Positions 26,146-39,580 of a stretch of 64,000 bases of DNA are shown here, piece after piece; positions within the stretch are counted from its first letter, which is position 1, and each line of letters opens with the position of its first letter. The notes under the pieces are model-generated. The model did no database searches, was not told where the DNA came from, and was given only the letters and a program-made list of their open reading frames with translations. Source of the DNA: Podarcis melisellensis (Eukaryota); the NCBI GenBank assembly GCA_964234715.1, contig OZ174277.1; one strand, written 5' to 3'. The translations under genes were made by a program, and so were the position numbers.

Positions 26146-26530
26146 CTGTGAAGACAGAGAAGAAAACAGAACAAAACAACACAGAAGAGCTATTACTATA
26201 CTATGAGATCTTTTCCTATGCAAACTGCAATAAAGAAAATATGCACAGCATTCTGCATGAGGAAATACTACTTTTATTTTAGAAATTCACCAACAGCATG
26301 TTCCTAAGGATTACTGTGCCACTACACAAAAGTTAATCAGAAGGCAGCTCTTTTTCATGAACTGAATTTTAAAATATCTATTACATGCTAGCTCCTTCAC
26401 ATACTGCCCATAAAAGAATTTGCAATACAACCACAAAAATATGTTCTGGAAAAGCTGCTTACTCGAAGTTTCTTTAGAAAATTGAAAAGGGAATTTACAT
26501 GACTATAGAAAGTTTAAGCCAAATCCATAC

Positions 26531-26618
26531 CTAAATTTTTTGTAGTTATTGTTTTCAAGCCCACCACTTGCAGGGCGCCTGCTCCAAGCACTAGCTGACA
26601 ACTTCTTGAGTTGAAATA
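26531..26618 (-). CDS. VPS54: VPS54 exon 18
   Basis: YFNSRSCQLVLGAGALQVVGLKTITTKNL, the Vps54 domain signature; 88 bp. Confidence 0.97.
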
Positions 26619-26869
26619 CTGAGAAAGAGAGGAAGGTAAACAGAGAAAGAGAGAAAGGCTGATGGGAACTGGGAGTCATGTTGTAGTTATCTCATGATCT
26701 TATAGACAAATTCATGGAAGATAAGGCTACAAGTTATGATAGCTGTACACCATCTCAGCATCTGAGGTAGCATGTCTCCAAACACCAGTTGCTGGGGGGG
26801 GGGAAGAGTGGGAGAGGAGAGGGCACGGTGAAAAACAGGTTGCTGCTTGACTGGAAAGTGCTTTAGTCT

Positions 26870-27070
26870 GACCCAGCTGGACTACGTCCCCCAGAGCCTC
26901 TGGAGAGGGTTCTATGAGTGTGGAGGAGAGACGTGAGCTTGAAAAGCCTCTTTGCATGAACTGCCTCCTGCTGTTCTAACATTCTTAGTGCAGATTCTGT
27001 ATCGTACAGGGTGGGGGGTGGGGTGGGGACTAGATGAACTCTGGGATCCCTTCCAACATTTATGATTCTC
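26870..27070 (+). mobile_element. Old CR1-tail fragment
   Basis: GGACTAGATGA...CCCTTCCAAC...TATGATTCT CR1 3' end. Confidence 0.55.
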
Positions 27071-27690
27071 GCTTTCTTTAAGACAACAATTACCAAGCTC
27101 TTAGTTTTTCTGAGACATGCAATGCCACAGTACTTATTTTATTCCAACTAGATACTTGCAGAAATCAGCACCTTAGTGCTAAAAAAGAAACAAACAACTC
27201 TTCCAAGAAACTGAAAATACTGGTCTTTAATCAGCAGCATTAAGTCAAATGGTCTTTCAAAGGACAAGGCAAGGCCTTTGAATTTGTTCAGTTATAGATT
27301 AAGTTATTCTTTGCTTTACTAATTTGTGATTTAATCTTAGTGTCTGAAGCTGATCCAGCTGGCTGTGAGCTAGGAGCAGCACAAAAATTAATAATGACAT
27401 TCAACAGGACGGAGGGAAGGGATATGGCTTAAATATCAAAGTCAACACTGGGAGTTGCTTGGCATCCCACAAGGTGAAAAAATGAACAGAAAGCTCTCTT
27501 ACAAACTTCTGTGTGCATCAAAAAGAGTTCAAAGTCCCACACAAGTTTTCTGATGTTAACAGTTAAGCTATTTCCCCCCACATTTTCATTGACCATACCT
27601 ATTTATTTTCATAAAGCCATTTCATAAAAATATATTTTAAAAAGCAAGGTACATTCCCTGCATTTTAGGAAAGATCTGAGGGAGCTGTAC

Positions 27691-27796
27691 CTTTAGTAAA
27701 TCAGACAGACGAGTAAGCATGTCAGTAGCTATTGAGGGGATGCTATCCACACACTGGCAGTATTCAAGGATGATTCTAATTAACAACAACACTGTC
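27691..27796 (-). CDS. VPS54: VPS54 exon 17
   Basis: TVLLLIRIILEYCQCVDSIPSIATDMLTRLSDLLK; 106 bp. Confidence 0.95.
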
Positions 27797-28164
27797 CTGC
27801 AAGACAAAGAATCAAACAGACACACTCAGACCATATGACAGACTGCAAGTCATCAAAACATCTTTAAAAACACACTTCAACCTTTTCCTTCTCATCTTTT
27901 GCTATTAGCCAACACCATTGCCTGCCAATTTCTATTGTGGCTCCTGAATTTTACTTTCCAGGTGAGTTCAGCTCATATGCCATTGAATTAAATGGGGAAA
28001 TCCTCACTGGCTTCAGTAGAGCTAGCTTATGGTCAGTGAAAGAGATGGTGCATTTTAGGGAAAGTCACAAATGCCAACTACCAATGACAGAGTAGGAGGG
28101 TGCAATTTTCTGCAGCAAAATGGTAAAAGATCCGAAGTTATTTCAGCGAAGTATACTGCTGTGA

Positions 28165-28166
<2 letters not shown>

Positions 28167-28204
<38 letters not shown>
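28167..28204. repeat. (CA)n microsatellite
   Basis: Direct reading. Confidence 0.95.
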
Positions 28205-28206
<2 letters not shown>

Positions 28207-28377
28207 AGGGAGTGCTCAGCAGTTCTAAGAAGCCAACAGCAACCTATCCAAAATAGACCAAAGCACCCCTCTATGACCTCTAGAACCATCCTGCCAAATT
28301 TGGTTAAGATATCTTAAGTGATGACTGAATGCATAAGTGTTTAGATAGACAAACAAAATTTCAAAATATACAGTAGA

Positions 28378-28465
28378 CTGGTGGAGTGGTTAGAGTGTTG
28401 GACTAGGAACTGGGAGAGCAGGGTTCAAGTCCTCACTCAGACATTAATTCCATTGATTGACCATA
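28378..28465 (+). mobile_element. tRNA-derived (MIR-like) SINE head
   Basis: A-box-like GAGTGGTTAGAG and B-box-like GGTTCAAGTCC; similar old SINE remnants near 30790-31000 (-) and 44390-44575 (+). Confidence 0.55.
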
Positions 28466-28822
28466 TACACTGGGGTCAGAGCAGCAACATCAATTAGATG
28501 AAAAACTTTTTTTAAAAAATCTTATTTTTGAATCTTTCTTTTTACTAGCATTTCCTAAACATTAAGTTCAGAGCACACAGCAGAGACTTAAAACAGAAAT
28601 ACTGGTGTGGTATGTACCATATAATATCTCTGGCTAGTGATTTTAGAGAAACCCAAATTATCACATGATGACATCAAAAGAAAGAAAACAAACATTTGAC
28701 TGAAATTTGCCGAGGATCTTAAAAAGGGAATTATATGCACGAGGCTTACTCAGGAGTTTTCCTCAACTTTCACAAAAACTAATAAATATTTTAATATTCA
28801 AAAGTGAACACACATGTCTTAC

Positions 28823-28886
28823 CCAACTACAGCATATTTTTGTCCATCAACAACAAGGAAGTCAGTTGGCTTTCTTTCTTCAGGTG
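28823..28886 (-). CDS. VPS54: VPS54 exon 16
   Basis: (A)PEERKPTDFLVVDGQKYAVVG; 64 bp. Confidence 0.93.
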
Positions 28887-30200
28887 CTAAAACAATTGAA
28901 TAAAAAAGGAGGGGGGATCTAAAATTAAAAACAACACAAATAACATTGCAACTGTCTCTTTAAAAAAAGGTCCAGGGATGAAAATTACCCTGTACTTTAC
29001 TCCTCCATTTCCACTTTGTAACACTGGCATGCACTCCGTGAACCGGAGGGACTAGCTTACTCCCCTGGCGCATGCTCAGGTGCAGAGGGAAGAAGGTTCT
29101 TCAACAGAGTCCCTCTATGCACTTTACAATGCACAGGCGCAAGGAATGCTCTTAGTCAGAAAGTGTGGACAGGGGCTCGGCTGAAGAACCTGCTTCCCTC
29201 CATGTCTGAGCATGCACCACCCATGCAACTTGTAGCACACAGGATTCTCTCACAAACATTGGGGGGTCCATGTTCTCTTCAGGCGCCTGCTGCTCTCAAC
29301 TATCCACACCAGCAAAAACTGGGAATTTGGGGGGGGGGGGTCCTTAACTTCCAGCCACTTCTGTTGGGCTGAATTCCCAGCGACCCCTTTCTTCCTACAC
29401 AGGAGGGTGAAACAGCCAAGTTTGAGGGGATATGTAGCTAAGAAGAGTCAGGGAGGGAGGACACAGCAGCCTTGGATGGCGAAGAAGGTTGCAGGGAAGC
29501 CAAAAAAGTGGGTGGGAGAGTGTGCACAGGGAAAACCAAATCCTGCTTCAGATAGCTTATTTTGGTACAGAACTTTGGACTGGCACTTTGCTTCCATTTG
29601 GATCGAAGTGGAACCTTGCTTTGGTTTATTTTCTGAAGCTTTCAATGTCTTCTCCACTGACAAAGCACGGAAAAAGAAAGAAATAGAAGGAAGTGGTAGT
29701 GTTGGTAAAGGGAATTCCTGTCCCGTGGACGGGCAGGCAGTGCTTTTCTGACCAATGAGCATGCTGCAAGTGGGCTGACATGTGAGCTCTTTGCTGTATG
29801 AAGGTTTATTTTGTTTTGGGCCGCTCCAGCTGCTGCCATTAAGTGAGCCAGGATAGATTCTAGGGTGGAAGAATTCCCTTCCTTGTCCTGAACCTTGCCC
29901 TGAGATGGGAGGGAAGGAGCAAGAGGCTGCAGTCAGCGGTCCAGTGCAGGAGTGGGTGGCTGGGACATGGGTGGCAGCCCTGCAAGGTATGAAAAACCTT
30001 CCCAACTCCCACCCTCTGGCCTTTGCCTTTTCTCTTCTTTTAATTTGGTTGAACATCCTCAGTTTCCTACTGTGCTTCAAAGTAAATTAACCCTTTAAAA
30101 ATGGTCTACTGCTCCAGAAACATAAAATATGCCTGTCAACATTTTGCAGCATCATGTCCACATGGAAATTACTAAAGTAACAAGGAGCCAAGAAACTCAC

Positions 30201-30313
30201 CTCCTGTTTTCTTTTCTGGTAAAGCAATTCTGCCATCTGATATAGAATCCACAAGATCCTGAAACTCTGCCGGAACATCAGCTTGCTTCCAGCGCTCGTT
30301 ATCTAGCAGGAGG
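30201..30313 (-). CDS. VPS54: VPS54 exon 15
   Basis: LLLDNERWKQADVPAEFQDLVDSISDGRIALPEKKTG; 113 bp. Confidence 0.95.
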
Positions 30314-31273
30314 CTATTTATACACATAAAGGAAGGGGAAGTCCAAAAATTAGAACACATTGCCTTGAAGAGCTATGTGTCCGTACTGATTTCAAATTTC
30401 TTACCAGGATGAAATCATGAAATAGTCAATTGATTCAAATACTAATCAGTGGCAGGCAGACTAAAGAAATCTGTGCTGGCAAAAGCCTTATGGAAATAAC
30501 TGAGAATGAAAATTTATGAGGCAGTCTGACCATCAAGAGATTTCATTCCAACTCATACATCCAGTGAGCCACATGTGTGGCCATCAGTAAGATGTGGAAA
30601 GGCATTTGTGTGAAGTGAGTTCCCATACAACTTCAACTAAACCACCTCTGTTAACCCTAAGACCAAAACTGGGTAACCTTATGGGAAGCAGCTCCTCACT
30701 TTTCACATGATGCAATGTGCAGAAAGTTGTTACTGCTTATGCGTACATTGGGCCTCAGATTACACTACTGGGTTGTTTTTTTTCTTTGACTGTTTCTTAT
30801 TGCATTTATATCCCACCTCTAAGGAGCTCAAGGTGGTGCCCATGACTCTTTCCCCCATCCTCAGTTATCCTCACAATAACCCTGTGGGGCAGGTTAGGCT
30901 GAGTGTTGGCGACTGGTCCAAGGTCACCCTGTGAGCTTCATGAAAGGGGATTTGAACCCTAGTTCCTCAAATCAGACGACACACTTTAACCAAACCATTT
31001 AGCCACCTGACTTTGCTCTGAGCTAAGTGAACAATGCCATATAACTCAGGGAAAAACCTGATACCAAATATAGGCTGGAATGGAAAGGAGTTATAAGCAA
31101 CAGAAATGGCACTGTCTCAGAAACTGAGGTCAGGGTGGGCAGATAGTTCTTATGGAGCACCTTTCTCCCACCTTTTGCCCTTTCATTACGAAAGGTGGTG
31201 GTAGTGGGAAGCTTCAGGAGCTGTTGCATTAAGGAGCCTTGAAGCAGACATGCACATAATCACGGAAAGATAC

Positions 31274-31455
31274 CTGAGTTTGGTCTTTCTTTCCTCATGG
31301 AATCTGTTTACAAATCTGTTAGCTTGACTCTGAAGTGCACCACGCAATGACATACTCTTCCTACCACAGATTTGTTCTGTATCCAAGATGAAAGTTTCCA
31401 TCAGTCGCGAAAGAGCAACAAACTCTGTAGAGTTCAATTTCTCCAGGAACCCATC
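31274..31455 (-). CDS. VPS54: VPS54 exon 14
   Basis: DGFLEKLNSTEFVALSRLMETFILDTEQICGRKSMSLRGALQSQANRFVNRFHEERKTKL; 182 bp. Confidence 0.96.
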
Positions 31456-31805
31456 CTAAATGAAAAAGGTGATGTAACAGCATCATAACTATTTTCACTG
31501 TTATCCTACCCCATTATAAAGGCTGAAAAAGCTATGCAGTAAGGAAAGCGCCATCAGCATGGACTATCTGATATCATTATGTCATCAGGTGATTGACAGG
31601 TGAGTGACCTGAACCGCCAACAGTTCCTCACCCTGGGCTATTGTATGAATATCATCTCAAATATAAAGCAAAGCCCTTTCCAACTTTCAGGCTATTTTTA
31701 GACATCAGTCCTGTTGACTGTGTTGGGTCCAGGTGTAAGGACGTGATTACATTAATGACCCTAGCTGGATCTCTTCTGGGACACAGGTCTATGCATGGAA
31801 CTTAC

Positions 31806-31935
31806 TTTTGCTCTAGCCATTAGGAACTTGACAGAACGATCATGACAAATATCAGAGGCACTGTAAAGTAGGTCCTGGATGTTGTTTGCTAATCTACCTA
31901 GTTCCAGTTCTGAGAGCTTTATGTCCTCACCAATC
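31806..31935 (-). CDS. VPS54: VPS54 exon 13
   Basis: IGEDIKLSELELGRLANNIQDLLYSASDICHDRSVKFLMARAK; 130 bp. Confidence 0.95.
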
Positions 31936-33613
31936 CTGAAAGAAATAGAAGGAAGACTTTGTTGACACATAATTTTCAGCTGAAACAATCCAGTGCCCCA
32001 CCAGTCTGCTCAAAAAGGGAAACGATTCGCATGCAACTATATAGACAATGAGAACTTTGCATTTTGATGTCAATAACAATCTCTGAACTGGAGCAGAATT
32101 GACTTTTCAACTATCCAATAGATAGCAGCAGCAAGTGAAGTGACAAATAACATATACCAAAAGACCAAAACTAAAAAACAAAAAACCAAGTAATTGATGG
32201 CCAATTACTGATCATTTAAGTCTTTTACACCGTGTTTACATTATTTACACACCATTCCACTAGAACACATTTTTGTTTAACGTAGTATACATTAACCTGA
32301 GTCTTTCCAACATGCTATTTCCAGAGAGGGAAGTATATTGGCAGCTTCTAGCTGTCACCCGCCATGAACCACCATTGGCAGGACTGGCAGCAATAGCTGC
32401 AGCTATGTTCTATGCTTATGATAATATTTTATTCTCTTGTTATTTATGCCATTTTAAATGTGCATTTTATATTTTATTTCCTTTAGCAATGTTTTCTTTT
32501 TAAATGTGTAAGATGTCTGTTTTGCTTTATTTGCTGTGTTAAATGGGCATCCCGTAGTTTATCTCCTTTGTAATGTTTTCTTCTGACATCTTTAAGATAA
32601 TATTTTAGTTTCCTGTTAATCATGTTGCTTTGTATACTTTATATTTGACTTTCTTCAGTAATGTTTTATTCTGGATTGTTTTCTTTAATACTTTAATGTG
32701 CTGTAAACTGCGTTGAGGTTTTTCCCTAAAAATATGAGGCTGTATAGAAATGAAATGGGGAAAAATATTTGCCTTTTGACTTGTCGAGTGGCCACAAGTG
32801 TTCTCCAACTAAGGCTGGTCCAAGATTTTACCAAATATCATGACAGGGAAAGGCTGTGGGTGGCTGGTAACCTCACTGTTGTGGCGTCTATGCCTTGCTC
32901 TCTGTATAATAGCTACTCTCAGACACAGGAAATTCTATGTCCATATGGTGCATCAGTGAAGCCAAAAAGGAGGACTGAAACCCATTCCTAACTCATATGG
33001 GTGTAGGGTCAGGGAACACAGCTAGGGCTCTTAAACAGGGCAAACAGAGACTAGAGAAAAGTAAAGATAAGAAAAGAAGAAAGAATCTACAAAGCTCTTC
33101 AGGTGTAATTAACTGCAACTAAAAACAAAGGGCTTCAAAATTTGGAATGCTTATATCATATTAGATCTGAAATGAAAATGGGAGGGACAATTTATTATCA
33201 TATCATAGAGTGCAGTCATAAATTTATATCATCAAATTCAAAAGAGAAACCAAGTTAATGGCTGAGGCTGAAAGAGCAGACTTCCATTCACACACCATGA
33301 CTTCCCCTTCTTCTCTTCTCCCCTACAGCCTTCCTGCTTCTAAAATCTTCTCTGCAGTGTCCCCATAACACCCTGTTGGGTACAACCTACAGAATGCTAT
33401 GAAACTGTAGGTGTTAGACTCAAGGGTTGAGAAGCCAACATGGGCAGAATATGCATTAAACGTGAAACTGAGTTTTAGGCTCACATTTTTTAGAGCTTCT
33501 GGGAAAGTTTACTTTCAATATCAAATTTAAAAGCAGTGAATTTGTGCTAATTTCGTTAATTTGTTTAGCTGCAGCGGGGACTGAATCCTGCTTTTTCTTT
33601 TTTTACTACCTAC

Positions 33614-33954
33614 ATGATGTCAATTCCACCTGGTGTAATACTGGACGAAGTCTGTTCCTTGCTAGATGAGGAGTCAGTGGTACATTCTGGCTCAGATACA
33701 GAGTCACTGCTGCTGGGTTCACTGTCTGGGGAAAGGTTTCTCTGAGAGGCAGAATAAGCTGCTGCAGACGGGAGGTCTCCTTCACCGAAGGCATCACTTA
33801 TGAACATGCCCTCATGCGCCAGATACACCAGTTCTGCGTCTATGGTACTGTCCTTTGCAGAGTTCTTCTGAGCAGAAGTATCACCCAGTTCCTTGCTCCT
33901 CTGGTTCTTGTCTAGAACCAAGAGAACCACTCTTCTGATAACATTTAGTGTTGC
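33614..33954 (-). CDS. VPS54: VPS54 exon 12
   Basis: ATLNVIRRVVLLVLDKNQRSKE...AHEGMFISDAFGEG...SEPECTTDSSSSKEQTSSSITPGGIDI(M); 341 bp. Confidence 0.95.
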
Positions 33955-34689
33955 CTAAGATAAAATAAGTGCTGGTTAAAAAAATTGAGACAGTGGTGAA
34001 TTCCTCGAAGAGTACATCTTTTAGCAAGAATGTTTCTATTTTAAATACTGCAAAATCTGAACACAACAGAAAGATTCATATCCACTATGTTTACATCATT
34101 TATGCTGCCCCATAACATCTTCTGTCACTTGCTAAATGCAATAATCATGATGGTTCATATGAATTCTGCAAAAAGTGACTGGCAGAATTTTAAAACTAAG
34201 GCCAATAAATTTATGCCATTTGGCTATTTCCCCAAATATTTTTTTAAAAAGGATAAAACATGAAACATTAATAATGATAGTGTTATCTTTCAGGGCTTGA
34301 TCTAAGGTACGGTATCAATTTCAGAGGCAGAAGTTCTAGAATTATCAGCACATACAGAGATTTAATTGATGAAGAAATTCACAATATTTTCCCACACCAC
34401 AATGTTGAATCTAGTTTTGTTACACTGTAGAGCTAGGGATAGAAGGAAACAGTGATTTCCGCACCACCCTGTGTTCCTCACAGTCAGCACCGTTTCTTGT
34501 TCCACTGCATTTTAGCTTCTCCTAAAATCTACATTATTCATCCCGCTATCTGCTATGTCTGAAACTAGTGTAGTTAACTGCGTAATTAACACCAATAAAT
34601 TTCAATGGAAGGGAGACATTAAAAAAATGTAGAAAATAATGCAATCATGTAATATTCGCACAGTAAAAAGATTGTGAATACTGCTTATA

Positions 34690-34925
34690 CATTCATACCT
34701 CGGGTTACAGCCGCTTCAGGTTGAGTTTTTTCGGGTTGCGGACTGCCGAAACCCGGAAGTACCGGAACTGGTTACTTCTGGGTTTCGGCGGTAGCGCATA
34801 TGCAGAAGCGCTAAATCGTGCTTTGCGCATGCGAGGAAGCGCCAAATTGCAACCTGCGTGTGTGCAGATGTGGGTTGTGAACGTGCATCCCGCACGGATC
34901 ATGTTCGCAACCCGAGCATCCACTG
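34690..34925. mobile_element. Tigger-like MITE
   Basis: TA flanks, CATTCATACCTCGGG...CCACTG; same family as 5042 and 53609. Confidence 0.8.
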
Positions 34926-35415
34926 TATTTGCTTGTATGATTTCCATTCCTGACCTCAGAGGAACATGTGAATTGTGGTAATTTCCACTTCCACTTCCAG
35001 CTGTACAAATAGATTATAATGCCATACAAGGCTAAAATTCATTCAGAAGTGTATTGTGAATCTAAGAAAGGAGGGTAAAAATTAACATTCAGCTGAAGCA
35101 ATACCTCTGGGTAACTTATAGGCAGGAGCCTTAAGGCTTGATCTCTCAATTTAAAATGTGATTCTCATAAGAGGCCCCAGGATGTCAGCAGTTCAGCTTT
35201 GAAGAACAATTAACCTGCCAAAGGGATTATGATCTGAGCAAGGGGCAGTGAAGTATTGCCTGAGGTGCAGCCTGCCTGCTTTTGGATAATGGCAGAGGAC
35301 TCTCCAATGCCTTTCATGAAAACTCACTCAGCCGATGCAAGAGACCCAAGTCCAAATGTTATCAAAATTCAATTGGCTTAATAACAATATAAAGTCTATA
35401 AAGTACACTTCTTAC

Positions 35416-35512
35416 CTTAATTCTCTTGAGAAATAAAATAAAATTAGAAAATATATCTTTCAGTAGATCAAACCACTGCGGAAAATTCATCATCCTCATT
35501 TGATCTGCAAGT
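35416..35512 (-). CDS. VPS54: VPS54 exon 11
   Basis: LADQMRMMNFPQWFDLLKDIFSNFILFLKRIK; 97 bp. Confidence 0.94.
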
Positions 35513-35857
35513 CTATGAAGAATACCATAAAACAATAATTACAATTTCATTTAAACTCAGTTTAACTCTCATCCTGTAAGGTGGCCTTGGGTACATCCTT
35601 GCCAGTTCTGTCTTCAGCTTCTCAGGCTCAGCTTCCTATCTCTAAAAAGGTATATTAAGGTCTACCTCACAGTGCTATTATTATGGTGAATGATACAAAG
35701 ACTAACAGTACACCTTGGGGGGGGGGAATGCATAATAAAAATGATGAAGAAGATCAACATTAAATTATGTTTACATAATTTCTGTAGCAAAATTTGTATT
35801 GTGAGGTTTCAGAAACTGAAGACTTTCAGGAACTTTGCAGATAATTCTGTAGTACAT

Positions 35858-36142
35858 GTAAAGGTAAAGGGACCCCTGACCATTAGGTCCAGTCGTGGCC
35901 GACTCTGGGGTTGCGGTGCTCATCTCGCTTTATTGGCCGAGGGAGCCAGCGTACAGCTTCCGGGTCATGTGGCCGGCATGACTAAGCCATTTCTGGCAAA
36001 CCAGAGCAGCACACGGAAATGCCGTTTACCTTCCCGCCAGAATGGTACCTATTTATCTACTTGCACTTGGACGTGCTTTCGAACTGCTAGGTTGGCAGGA
36101 GCTGGGACCCCGCAACGGGAGCTCACCCTGTTGCGGGGATTA
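35858..36142 (-). mobile_element. Sauria SINE, 5'-truncated
   Basis: (AAAGGT) tail; body matches 2414-2764 in reverse complement. Confidence 0.9.
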
Positions 36143-37413
36143 AATCATGGTTTATCCTGATGAGAATAAGCAGCAGGTGGTCTCAGCTCCCACATTTCAT
36201 CCTCCCCTCTCCTCCAGGAGGAGATTTAAAGCTTTCACTTCTCTTTTTGATTAACTGGAGTTTATCATTACATCTGAACCCTAAACAGCAGCTAATCTTA
36301 ACTATGGTTTGTTGAAGCAAGCCAGTTTCATAGCTTGTTGCTTGAGTTCACTTCTTTCAACAAACCATTCTTAAGATTGACCAGTTAGTTGGACTTTGAA
36401 GAAATGGCATACTGTGGTTAATCAAACACAAAAATGAAAGTTGCCAATTTTTCCTAGGGCCTCACAGCTGTGCCAGAAGAGGAGCAGGTAGGAGGCAGCA
36501 TGTAATCCAAGCCTTATTGCAAATCATTTCCACCATGATAAAATTTGATTTATCATTATGTCCAGCACAGCTAATAGAGTCAGAACAGAGAATGGGTTGT
36601 TTAAGATTTAAAACTTGTTCCTTTAAAAATGGAACATGTCAATTTGTTTTAATTCCTATGAAAGCAATAATTATAGCTCTCAAGGAGAAAAAGTAACTAA
36701 GGTTAGGCTGCAACACAACACACAAACCTGGCAGTAAGACCATTAACTCAAAGGATCTTACTTCTGAGCTGACATTCACAGGATTGTGCATTTATTGTTT
36801 TTTTTTCCTGCCAAGGGAAAATGCTAAAATTTAATCAGTTTTTCTAGTATTGCCAAAACACTCTTCTAGAATGATAAACAATTACATGACACAATGTTTT
36901 TAAATCTGTAATTGAAAAAAGAAGGAAATCCTGAGAAGTAAATGGACAGTTAAACAATTAGTCTTTCAACAGAATTATAGCCGAAATCCTCTGAGTTTTT
37001 GAGATTAACCAAGTGGAATACATTTTCAAAACTGAATTGCCCTCTAGCTACAAATTAGAAACTGGAGCAGCTTATTCTTTTCCCAGCAAAAAAGGATCAA
37101 TGAGAGTGGATTGCAAATATGTGTTTAAAATATTAGCACTGGCCTTTTCAGTGTCATACAACATTCTTTGCTTTGGAAGAATTTGCCTGCCTGATCTCCT
37201 AGTTATGCCTGAGGTTTTGATGCTTAAACTGCAATTCTATACCCACTTATTTTGAAGTATGGAGGGGGGAAGCTAGGCAAAAGCTCACAGAGAGGTGAGC
37301 CCAAGCACCTCTCTCAGCCAGGCTGGTAGCGAAACAATCATGCCGCTTCCGTCGCCCAGTTTGCGCAGAGGCATCAAACGTAAGGAGGGGAGGAAGATTT
37401 GGAGGGGTGTCTA

Positions 37414-37832
37414 TGTCAGGGAAGAGTTAGAAGTTTTCAGTTTCTCAGAGGGAGAAAGCATTCCTCAAGGGGGGAAGGGGAGCAGTGAATCTAACAGAAG
37501 AGAGCAAGAGGAACAACAGGGAGGGACCGGCTGTTCCCAGGAAAGGCAAGGGTTCAGTTCTAGCTCAGATTGGGAGGAGGGGAGATACAGGCCAGCTCTA
37601 GCCAGGAGGTTAGGAAAAAGAGTGGGAAAGCGAAGGGAAGGGCGCGCTCGCCATTTTGAGGGTGGCTGGTCATGGAGAAGCAGAGCTCAGAAGGTATCTG
37701 AAAGAAGTGACTCTGAGGAATAATAGTTAAGAACCGTTTATAAGATTGTTTTGTTAATAATCAATAAAAAGTTATAAAAGAACAAGAAGTGTTCGTGTGG
37801 TGATCTGAAGAGGACAACGACCAGGCCTGACA
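37414..37832 (+). mobile_element. Solo-LTR-like element nested in a second LTR-like element (about 37152-37994)
   Basis: TGTCAGG...CCTGACA termini, 4-bp TSD TCTA, AATAAA about 65 nt before the end; the outer element has TGTCA...TGACA and its own AATAAA. Confidence 0.7.
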
Positions 37833-38129
37833 TCTAAGTTCTTATGCTGGGGACCAGAAAAAGCTACTCTCGGAACCTGCAAGACATGAACTTTGGACTT
37901 CTGAACTGTACATAGTTTGAACTCAATAAAACCTGTAAAAGACAAGTTGGAGTCCTGGCTGTTTACTTGCGAGCAACCACCTACAGACCTGACAGTGTGT
38001 TTTTAACATTTTGTTGGGAACTGCCCAGAGTGGCTGGGGCAACCTAGTCAAATGGGTTGCAAGTAAGTAAGTAAGTTCATTATTATTATTTATGTTTAGT
38101 AGCTGCTAGACATGTCATAATTTATTCAC

Positions 38130-38396
38130 TTGTACTATATGTTTATAAAATTAAATTGGTCTTCCCTCCAACTAAATCTTTGTCATTTTTGAAAGGTAAT
38201 ATCACAAATTTTATAGACTCTTATTTCGTATACCTAAAATCCTTTCCTTATTAGGCGCTACCCCACATTTTCTTTTTAAAAAATCATCTGTACAGGAAAC
38301 TACCATGGAGTTATCAACATTTTCAAAAGTAGGGGGTCCATGGCTTGGCTTTTGAAAAATAGGGGTCCTCAGTAACTAGCTAATTGGGAACCACTG
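38130..38396 (-). mobile_element. Partial copy of the left end of the hAT family seen at 23304
   Basis: Reverse-complement similarity to 23304-23580, including the terminus CTAATTGGGAACCACTG. Confidence 0.72.
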
Positions 38397-38732
38397 ATTG
38401 TATAGGATTGCAGCCTTAACGTAAGTTTTTCAAAATTCATTCTCTCTCTCTCTATGATGACCAGAGGAAAAGGAGATAAAGCTTTGCACCTTTAATGCCA
38501 TGTAGGAAAAAGAATTTCAGAAAGTGTATCTTGCATGACCTGCCATTTTCACCTCTGCTTTTGCGCATGATCAACACATGCACTCTTTCAAAGTTATAGG
38601 AATTATGATAAAAGCACAGATGCCAAAAAGAAGTAAAAAGCATGTGGACAAAATTGCTAGGCAATTCACAGATAGAGAAGCAAATGGTAAATCTAGTTCA
38701 TAGCAACTCAAAGCTTTATCCTTTATACTTAC

Positions 38733-38788
38733 TTAACAACCACGTCTGTGTCTATTTCTTCTATTTGTGACACTGTATTAACCACACA
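38733..38788 (-). CDS. VPS54: VPS54 exon 10
   Basis: CVVNTVSQIEEIDTDVVV(K); 56 bp. Confidence 0.93.
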
Positions 38789-39329
38789 CTGCAAAGATAT
38801 AAGAAAAACATGTCTTAGAATTAAATTTGGAGAGAAAGCTTTCTACCCCTGAATCAGACATTTCCTGATTATCCTAATATTCAGAGCTGAAATAATAAAA
38901 ACTTCACAATGGAAAATGAAATTGGACCACACATGCATTAGGCAAGTCTGCTCACAGATCACCTTATTCAGCTTTATTTTCCTCCTGCTGATTATTGTGA
39001 TGTGTGAAGAATGATGCAGGAAACTGCAATCCAGGTTTAAGGACTGAAGCCCAGGCCACTGAAAATGTTCACTCAGTCCTGCCTATGGTTTCCAAATACC
39101 TTTTTAAAACATTTGATAAGTTGTCCTGAATGCCATTTTTGTACCCTTCAAACATTATTCTGAGTGCCTATTCATACATTACTATGAGACAACTGTATGT
39201 TACACATTCACATTTTAAGTGTAATTCATGTGGGTCACATTCATTTTAAGTGTATGTGTAAAAATCTTATGTGTGCAGTAAAAAAGGAAAGATAATGACA
39301 CCCTGAAATGCACCAAGTATTGCCTACAG

Positions 39330-39580
39330 CAGGGGTAGGCAGCCTAAGGCCCGTGGGCCGGATGCAGCCCAATCGCCTTCTCAATCTGGCCCGCAGATGG
39401 TCCGGAAACCAGCGTGTTTTTACATGAGTAGAATGTGTGCTTTTATTTAAAATGCATCTCTGGGTTATTTGTGGGGCATAGGAATTCGTTCATTCCCCGC
39501 TCCCCCCAAACAGTCCAGCCCACCACATGGTCTGAGGGACGGTGGACCAGTCCCCTGCTGAAAAAGGTTGCTGACCCCTT
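39330..39580. mobile_element. hAT-like MITE
   Basis: CAGGGGTAGGCA...TTGCTGACCCCT termini; degenerate 8-bp TSD gcctacag/gcctatgg. Confidence 0.82.

Noticed and set aside
28378-28440. tRNA-like A/B boxes here and at the SINE heads (2416, 53150, 59700-59770)
   Set aside because: No complete cloverleaf; these are SINE heads, not tRNA genes.
29407-30090. 210-aa and 114-aa ORFs in VPS54 intron 15
   Set aside because: No homology I can recognise; the region looks like decayed repeat, and the VPS54 CDS is complete without it.
37295-37723. 142-aa E/R/G-rich ORF
   Set aside because: It spans the junction of two nested LTR-like elements and reflects purine-rich composition.
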